Source: Escherichia phage 6925. Taken from it: a stretch of 39,100 nt of DNA. A program made the position numbers and the translations under genes. The stretch's first letter is position 1. Every line of letters starts with the position of its first letter. Positions 33,302 through 39,100 of this stretch are shown piece after piece. Below the pieces are notes generated by a model, which was given only the letters and a program-made list of their open reading frames with translations, was not told where the DNA came from and ran no database searches. Location of the stretch: sequence record ON637250.1; one strand, written 5' to 3'.

Positions 33302-35482
33302 ATGTCCACGATTACACAATTCCCTTCAGGAAACACTCAGTACAGGATAGAGTTCGACTACCTAGCCAGAACGTTTGTTGTTGTTACGCTGGTGAATAGC
33401 TCTAACCCTACCCTGAACCGTGTACTGGAAGTTGGTAGAGATTACCGATTCCTTAATCCAACGATGATTGAGATGTTGGCTGACCAATCAGGTTTCGACA
33501 TCGTTCGTATTCACCGTCAGACTGGAACTGACTTAGTGGTAGACTTCAGGAATGGCTCAGTGTTGACAGCTAGTGACCTGACCAATTCAGAGCTTCAGGC
33601 TATCCATATTGCAGAAGAAGGTCGAGACCAAACGGTTGACTTAGCGAAGGAATATGCCGATGCTGCTGGTAGCTCTGCGGGCAACGCTAAGGATAGCGAG
33701 GACGAAGCACGCCGAATCGCTGCGAGTATCAAGGCAGCTGGTAAAATTGGCTATATTACCCGTCGCTCCTTCGAGAAAGGCTTCAACGTTACAACATGGA
33801 ACGAGGTCCTGCTATGGGAAGAGGATGGTGATTATTACCGCTGGGATGGTACGCTTCCAAAGAACGTTCCCGCTGGTTCAACTCCTGAATCATCTGGTGG
33901 TATTGGGCTGAGTGCGTGGGTTAGTGTTGGTGATGCGTCACTTAGAGCAAACCTGTCTGATAGTGATGGCGCTAAATACATAGGCAGTGGAGAAAGGACA
34001 TTACTTGAGCACAACAATGATGTTTTGCACTCAAAAGACTTCCCAACACTGCAGGCAGCTATAGATGCATCTTTGCAAAAAAATGATCTACTGGTGTCTC
34101 CTGGAAATTATACTGAAAAAGTTACTATTGGAAACGCGCAGTTAAAAGGTGTTGGCGGGGCCACGGTACTAAAAACTCCGGCAGACTTTACAAACACTGT
34201 TCAGGTTAATTTAGCTACACCTCATTGGCAATTCCGCCATAGTGGTGGTTTTGCTATAGATGGTTCCGGGACAACCGGGGTCGTAGGTATTAGTTTTGAC
34301 CCGTCAGACCAATATTCCGGACGTCATAATTTTAGTGATGTATACATCCACAACATCAACAAGGCCATTCAGAAGCCTTCCGGGAACATCGGCAATACTT
34401 GGAGAAATATTGGGATATCTACGTGTGATTGGGGGTATTACGCGATTAGTGGCTCAGAGATGCATTGCGGGGCCGATACCCTCTACAATATCCACTTCGA
34501 TGGCATCTCCACCTATGCAGTCTATCTAGACGGCACTGTCGATAATGGCGGGGTTGGCGCATGGTGGCTTAAAGACTCCATTATTGAGGCTTCCGGAGGT
34601 GGCGGGATATACTTAAAAAGTAAATCGGGCGACTGTCCTACATCTCCATGCGGGGTATCCAATATATGGATGGAAGCGATCGCAACATCACCGGCTGTTC
34701 AGGTAGACGGCGTGGCGCAAAAACCGCGAGTTCTCAAGTTGGTAGACACAGCGATATTCTTTGCTGAGTATTCTTATCTCAACAACATCGAGCTAACCAA
34801 CTCCAACTTAGTAACTTATGGTTGCCGTTTTGACAACGCTGATGGCAATCAGGATATTGTCGTGGATGCACAAAGTACCATTGTAGCCCATGACGTGTAT
34901 TTAAAAGGCAGTTCTGGAAAGGACGTTATTGTGGAGTCCGTAGCATCGCAATCTGCAACGATAACTACCACAAACTTATCTCTGAGGGGCAACTTAACAA
35001 GAGGGAGAGTATTTAATACGCCGACAGGGAATAAATTAATGGCTATCACATTTGACTCAGGTAGCCATAATTTTGCTGGCAGCGGCACCGTTAACGGTTC
35101 GACTGTATCTGACGGACTTCACGCCGCTACATGTACCGAATTTTCATTCCCCGGAGCCGGTTTATATGAAATGGTAGCGACAAGAACAACCATTACATCC
35201 GGTAGATGGTACGTGTGGGGAGTTAACTCACGCCTACAATCTGGCTCGGCGGATATTAGTATAACGTCAGGTATTACCATGGGTAGTGTTTACACAAAGC
35301 AGGGGGAGTGGATTAGCACTTTCGGTGTAGGAAAGGCATCTACCACTGGCACTGTAGCGCTATACGTTTCCACAGGAGGAGGTTCGGGAGCTACGGTCAG
35401 ATTCAGTGACTTTTTCATCGCTGAGTTTACGACGCAAGCTCAGGCTTTAGCTTTCGCCAATTCAAGGATGTCGTTATCATAA
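33302..35482 (+). CDS. 17: Tail fibre/tailspike: T7 gp17-like N-terminal adaptor fused to a beta-helix-like C-terminal domain (putative glycan depolymerase)
   Basis: N-terminus (FDYLARTFVVVTL, VDFRNGSVLTASDLTNSELQAIHIAEEGRD) matches the T7 gp17 tail-attachment domain. From about 33960 onward codon usage shifts to A/T-ending codons, and the protein has repetitive Gly/Asn/Thr/Ser-rich strands typical of pectate-lyase-fold spikes. RBS AAAGGAGG. Confidence 0.85.
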   Translation: MSTITQFPSGNTQYRIEFDYLARTFVVVTLVNSSNPTLNRVLEVGRDYRFLNPTMIEMLADQSGFDIVRIHRQTGTDLVVDFRNGSVLTASDLTNSELQAIHIAEEGRDQTVDLAKEYADAAGSSAGNAKDSEDEARRIAASIKAAGKIGYITRRSFEKGFNVTTWNEVLLWEEDGDYYRWDGTLPKNVPAGSTPESSGGIGLSAWVSVGDASLRANLSDSDGAKYIGSGERTLLEHNNDVLHSKDFPTLQAAIDASLQKNDLLVSPGNYTEKVTIGNAQLKGVGGATVLKTPADFTNTVQVNLATPHWQFRHSGGFAIDGSGTTGVVGISFDPSDQYSGRHNFSDVYIHNINKAIQKPSGNIGNTWRNIGISTCDWGYYAISGSEMHCGADTLYNIHFDGISTYAVYLDGTVDNGGVGAWWLKDSIIEASGGGGIYLKSKSGDCPTSPCGVSNIWMEAIATSPAVQVDGVAQKPRVLKLVDTAIFFAEYSYLNNIELTNSNLVTYGCRFDNADGNQDIVVDAQSTIVAHDVYLKGSSGKDVIVESVASQSATITTTNLSLRGNLTRGRVFNTPTGNKLMAITFDSGSHNFAGSGTVNGSTVSDGLHAATCTEFSFPGAGLYEMVATRTTITSGRWYVWGVNSRLQSGSADISITSGITMGSVYTKQGEWISTFGVGKASTTGTVALYVSTGGGSGATVRFSDFFIAEFTTQAQALAFANSRMSLS

Positions 35483-35626
35483 AAACAACCTCAGCCGAAT
35501 CGGGTTATTTATCATCAGAACGGTATTGAATCATCGAAGGTTGTGGAGGTAGAGGCTAACTACACGTTGACCAACGTATGATAACAACTTTTGGTCACGG
35601 ACGACCCGCTTTAAACTGGAGGTTTT

Positions 35627-35821
35627 ATGATTGCGTTAGACTTCAAGAATGAGGTCCTCAAAGCCTCGCCTATCGTCGGGACCGCTGCGGCTGATGGTGC
35701 CAGTCGGTTCTTCTTTGGGCTAACGCTCAACGAATGGTTCTACGTCGCTGCTATCGCGTACACCGTGGTGCAGATTGGCGTCCTAATTTACAAGACGATT
35801 AAGAGCGGAGGTAAGACATGA
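35627..35821 (+). CDS. 17.5: Class II holin
   Basis: 64 aa; IVGT..AD...R.FFGL.LNEWFYVAAIAYTVVQIG matches T7 gp17.5 as recalled. Confidence 0.9.
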   Translation: MIALDFKNEVLKASPIVGTAAADGASRFFFGLTLNEWFYVAAIAYTVVQIGVLIYKTIKSGGKT

Positions 35822-36081
35822 CGCAGATGGACTTAGAGAAGTTCCTGTTAATGCTGGACACAGAACGTGCTAGACTAATGCTGCAAGACCTGCGGGATGA
35901 CTCTAAGCGTTCGCCCCAGCTCTACAACGCCATTGAGAAGCTACTGGCTCGTCACAACTTCGTGCTAAGCAAGGTGTCTGTTGACGAGAAGACGCTCGCT
36001 GATATGGAGGCCCTGAACGCAGAGTACGATAAGGTGCTCTCCGCTACGGAAGATAATGACACTGGATATGGAGTGCAGTAA
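35818..36081 (+). CDS. 18: Terminase small subunit
   Basis: 87 aa; FL.MLDT, RSPQLYNAIEKLLARH match T7 gp18. RBS GGAGGT; start overlaps the holin stop. Confidence 0.9.
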   Translation: MTQMDLEKFLLMLDTERARLMLQDLRDDSKRSPQLYNAIEKLLARHNFVLSKVSVDEKTLADMEALNAEYDKVLSATEDNDTGYGVQ

Positions 36082-36092
36082 ATCTATTAAGT

Positions 36093-36146
36093 GTTAGACT
36101 CAAGGTCATTACTGTATGTAGTGGCCTTTATGGTTAACACTAACTA
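36093..36146 (+). promoter_or_regulatory. RNase III-like processing site (R18.5-like)
   Basis: GTTAGACTCAAGGTCATTACTGTATGTAGTGGCCTTTATGGTTAAC, same family as 6148 and 13213. Confidence 0.55.
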
Positions 36147-36191
36147 GTGGAGGAGACTCTACGTGAAATCTGATAAACCGGGAGGGCAACT

Positions 36192-36641
36192 ATGCTCGAA
36201 TTTTTAAAGAGAGCGGCTCCGTGGTTACTTGCAGCAGTGATGTTTGCTGGTGGCTACCACACCGCTAACAATAAGTGGGAGGCTAAGGTCAATGCAGAAT
36301 ACACCACGAATCTTAAGGCATCGGAGGATACAAGACTTGCTGTCCAAGCTGAAGTCAACAAAGTGTCCAAACGGTTTCAGGACGAAATGTCCTCGCTGGA
36401 AGGCAGCACTGATAGGATTATTGCTGACCTTCAGTCTGACAATAAGCGGTTGCGCATCCGAGTCAGACCAACGAGTGGAACCACGCAAAGTGACGGTCGA
36501 TGCGTCATTGATGATTTCGCCGAACTTGACGAACGAGATGCTAAACGTCTTATCTCCATCGGACTGAAAGGGGACAAGTGGATTAAGGCCCTTCAGGACA
36601 CTGTGAGAGCCTTGCAGCAAGATAAGGAGGTGAAGCATTGA
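36192..36641 (+). CDS. 18.5: Rz-like i-spanin (inner-membrane spanin subunit)
   Basis: 149 aa with an N-terminal TM segment ([14 protein letters not shown]) and coiled-coil periplasmic domain, in the gp18.5 position. RBS GGAGGG. Confidence 0.85.
   Translation: MLEFLKRAAPWLLAAVMFAGGYHTANNKWEAKVNAEYTTNLKASEDTRLAVQAEVNKVSKRFQDEMSSLEGSTDRIIADLQSDNKRLRIRVRPTSGTTQSDGRCVIDDFAELDERDAKRLISIGLKGDKWIKALQDTVRALQQDKEVKH
36292..36567 (+). CDS. 18.7: Rz1-like o-spanin embedded in the +1 frame of Rz; start uncertain
   Basis: The embedded frame encodes ...[17 protein letters not shown]|C ASESDQ..., a lipoprotein signal with lipobox Cys at about 36451. The only upstream in-frame ATG is at 36292, about 36 codons before the hydrophobic core. 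Confidence 0.45.
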   Translation: MQNTPRILRHRRIQDLLSKLKSTKCPNGFRTKCPRWKAALIGLLLTFSLTISGCASESDQRVEPRKVTVDASLMISPNLTNEMLNVLSPSD

Positions 36642-38401
36642 GTAAAGACTTAGTGGCGCGTCAGGCGCTAATGACTGCACGTATGAAGGAAGACTTCGTG
36701 TTCTTCATCTTCGTTCTCTGGAAAGCACTAAGCCTTCCGGTTCCAACCCGCTGCCAGATAGATATGTGTAAGAAGCTGGCTGCTGGTGATAATCGCCGCT
36801 TCATCCTTCAGGCTTTCCGTGGTATTGGCAAGTCATTTCTGACCTGTGGCTTTGTGGTCTGGAAGCTATGGAACAACCCAGACTTGAAGTTCATGATTGT
36901 GTCGGCCTCAAAGGAGCGAGCCGATGCTAACTCCATCTTCATCAAGCGAATCATCGACCTCATGCCTCAGCTTCAGGAGCTCAAACCTAAGCAGGGACAG
37001 CGAGATGCGGTTATCAGCTTCGACGTTGGTCCCGCCAAGCCAGACCACTCACCTTCGGTTAAGTCCGTTGGTATCACTGGTCAGTTGACTGGTAGTCGTG
37101 CTGACATCCTGATTGCTGATGACGTGGAGGTTCCGAACAACTCAGCGACTCAGGCTGCCCGGGACCGTCTGTCAGAGCTTGTGAAAGAGTTCGACGCTAT
37201 CCTGAAGCCGGGAGGTACAATCATCTATCTGGGTACTCCTCAGAACGAGATGACCCTATACCGTGAGCTGGAAGGTCGTGGGTACACCACTACTATCTGG
37301 CCCGCTCGTTATCCACGCGACAGGAAGGACTGGCAGTCTTACGGCGACCGTCTGGCTCCTATGCTTCAGGCAGAGCTGGAAGAGGACCCTGAGTCCTTCT
37401 ACTGGCGTCCGACTGATGAAGTACGCTTCGATGATACGGACCTGAAGGAACGTGAGCTGTCCTACGGTAAAGCTGGCTTCGCTCTACAGTTCATGCTTAA
37501 CCCGAACCTGAGTGATGCCGAGAAGTACCCTCTGAAGCTCCGTGACCTTATCGTAGCCGACTTGGACCCAGCGTCCAGCCCAATGGTCTACCAATGGTTA
37601 CCGAACCCTCAGAACAAGCGTGAGGACGTTCCTAACGTTGGACTCATGGGTGACTCGTACCACACGTATCAGACTGTAGGTTCTGCCTTCAGTTCTTACA
37701 CCCAGAAGATTCTGGTCATTGACCCTAGTGGTCGTGGTAAGGATGAGACTGGTTATGCGGTACTGTACCAGCTCAACGGCTACATCTTCGCTATGGAAGT
37801 TGGTGGTATGCGTGGTGGGTATGAAGACTCTACGCTGGAAGCACTGGCTAAGATTGGCCGTAAGTGGAAGGTCAACGAATACGTCATTGAGGGTAACTTC
37901 GGTGATGGTATGTACCTTGAGCTATTCAAGCCTGTAGCGGCCCGTATACATCCTGCTGCTGTAACTGAAGTGAAGAGTAAGGGTCAGAAAGAACTCCGCA
38001 TCTGTGACGTTCTGGAGCCTATCATGGGGTCTCACCGACTTATCATCAACGCTGCTGCTATCGTCCAAGACTACCAGTCGGCCTCTGATAAGGATGGTGT
38101 TCGTAACCCTATCTACTCTCTCTTCTACCAGATGACACGTATCTCTCGTGAACGTGGAGCCTTGGCACACGATGACCGACTTGATGCGCTGGCTATCGGT
38201 GTACAGTTCTTCGTTGAGTCTATGGCTAAGGATGCCAACAAAGGCGAACGTGAAGTCACTGAGGAGTGGCTGGAGGAACAGATGGAGAACCCACGGAAAG
38301 GCTTCGAGTCCATCCACACTGAGTTCTGGGACAATGGGGTCCGGGTAACTCACGATACGGACGACGAGCTGGGACTAGGGTCATACGTTACGTTCCACTA
38401 G
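36638..38401 (+). CDS. 19: Terminase large subunit (ATPase/nuclease)
   Basis: TTG start with AAGGAGG 7 nt upstream. [82 protein letters not shown] and [11 protein letters not shown] match T7 gp19. Confidence 0.96.
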   Translation: MSKDLVARQALMTARMKEDFVFFIFVLWKALSLPVPTRCQIDMCKKLAAGDNRRFILQAFRGIGKSFLTCGFVVWKLWNNPDLKFMIVSASKERADANSIFIKRIIDLMPQLQELKPKQGQRDAVISFDVGPAKPDHSPSVKSVGITGQLTGSRADILIADDVEVPNNSATQAARDRLSELVKEFDAILKPGGTIIYLGTPQNEMTLYRELEGRGYTTTIWPARYPRDRKDWQSYGDRLAPMLQAELEEDPESFYWRPTDEVRFDDTDLKERELSYGKAGFALQFMLNPNLSDAEKYPLKLRDLIVADLDPASSPMVYQWLPNPQNKREDVPNVGLMGDSYHTYQTVGSAFSSYTQKILVIDPSGRGKDETGYAVLYQLNGYIFAMEVGGMRGGYEDSTLEALAKIGRKWKVNEYVIEGNFGDGMYLELFKPVAARIHPAAVTEVKSKGQKELRICDVLEPIMGSHRLIINAAAIVQDYQSASDKDGVRNPIYSLFYQMTRISRERGALAHDDRLDALAIGVQFFVESMAKDANKGEREVTEEWLEEQMENPRKGFESIHTEFWDNGVRVTHDTDDELGLGSYVTFH

Positions 38402-38495
38402 CTGAATGAATAACTATAGGCGAAAACTGAGTTAATAAGCAGTTAGTAACCTATAGTTACTACCAGTCTAACCTACTGTTTTACAAGGAGTTTGG

Positions 38496-38518
38496 ACTTA
38501 ACTATCACTATAGGGAAG
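38496..38518 (+). promoter_or_regulatory. Phage RNAP promoter near the right end (phiOR-like)
   Basis: ACTTAACTATCACTATA|GGGAAG; +1 at 38513. Confidence 0.75.
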
Positions 38519-38697
38519 ACCCCCGGTTACTTATAGTATTACTATAGTGAATATACATATGCAGACTTTATGCAAGACCTTAGGAGGCAGACTCCGAGTT
38601 CTTACCTAAGGCTTGCACCGATGGGAGGAGGTGATATTAATCATAATACCTCCAATACAGATAGTCACAGACCATAGATACAGGAGGTATGTAGCAT

Positions 38698-38856
38698 ATG
38701 GAAAAGACCAAAGCTGTACTTAAAGCTCTGGCGACCAATCGAGCTACATACAGGTTTCTTGCTGCTGTTCTACTTGCTGCTGGCGCTACTGCTGGAAGTC
38801 AGTGGGTCGGGTGGGTCGAGACTCTCGTATGTTCTCTGGTGTCTGAGTGTCGTTAA
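38698..38856 (+). CDS. gp19.5-position small hydrophobic protein (52 aa)
   Basis: AGGAGG sits 9 nt before the ATG; MEKTKAVLKALATNRATYRFLAAVLLAAGATAGSQWVGWVETLVCSLVSECR. Below the 60-aa track cutoff. Confidence 0.5.
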   Translation: MEKTKAVLKALATNRATYRFLAAVLLAAGATAGSQWVGWVETLVCSLVSECR

Positions 38857-39015
38857 CGCCGTAATGGTAACAATCAACGAAAGTAAGACCTAAGGTCAGT
38901 TCATAGCTGACGCTACTCTACTGACCTTAGCTACTGTAGTCAAGGACTTTAGGTAACACCTTAATAGAAGCTCACTTAGGGTCATCCTACTTATTGGTCT
39001 ATCCTAGTGTCGCCT

Positions 39016-39100
39016 GACCTACGGTCCTTGACCTACAGTGGCTGTGGCCTACAGTAGTGACGATGAGTTTTGGACCAAAAGTTTGAGACCACATCTCACA
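39016..39100. repeat. Right-end short repeats (CCTACGG/CCTACAG) followed by the first 7 nt (TCTCACA) of the terminal repeat
   Basis: CCTACGGTCC, CCTACAGTGG and CCTACAGTAG copies; the final TCTCACA matches the T7 genome start heptamer and continues into window position 1. Confidence 0.5.

Noticed and set aside
38402-38697. Additional promoter-like fragments (AACTATAGG at about 38412, TACTATAG at about 38541) and tiny ORFs at the right end
   Set aside because: They lack the conserved -17 to -5 specificity region shared by the 11 promoters, and the ORFs are under 20 codons without convincing RBSs.

Overview
The window reads as an essentially complete, collinear T7-like podophage genome (Autographiviridae, T7 supergroup) of about 39.1 kb, with every credible gene on the + strand. 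All homology calls rest on reading the six-frame translations against remembered T7 protein sequences; no search was run. Order, left to right: left terminal repeat and short-repeat array; two host sigma70-type early promoters; an early region punctuated by RNase III-like hairpins (a small novel gene, an Ocr-like gene with a C-terminal extension, three small unknown genes, no gp0.7 kinase); the single-subunit RNA polymerase; 11 copies of a phage promoter consensus (A/C)CT(A/T)AACTATCACTATAGG(G/A)A; DNA-metabolism genes (1.1, 1.2, ligase, 1.6/1.7-like, gp2, SSB, endonuclease I, amidase, primase-helicase, DNA polymerase, 5.5, 5.7, exonuclease); the structural module (6.7, 7, 7.3, portal, scaffold, capsid with a T7-type GGTTTTC frameshift site and Tphi terminator, tail tubular A/B, internal virion proteins 13-16, tail fibre); then holin, small terminase, Rz/Rz1, large terminase and a small right-end gene. 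The window end (tctcaca) joined to the window start reconstitutes a T7-like left genome end, so the direct terminal repeat appears collapsed or permuted by 7 nt. The content that departs from T7 is the part worth following up: extra early genes around ocr and after the RNAP gene, a phage promoter directly upstream of the RNAP gene, an unknown 164-aa gene between endonuclease I and the amidase, a PD-(D/E)xK-like ORF overlapping the DNAP end, an ASCH/DUF3850-like gene between tail tubular A and B, a mini-ORF after Tphi, a replaced N-terminal domain in gp16, and a mosaic tailspike whose C-terminal beta-helix-like part has shifted codon usage. No tRNA, CRISPR array or transposase was recognised.
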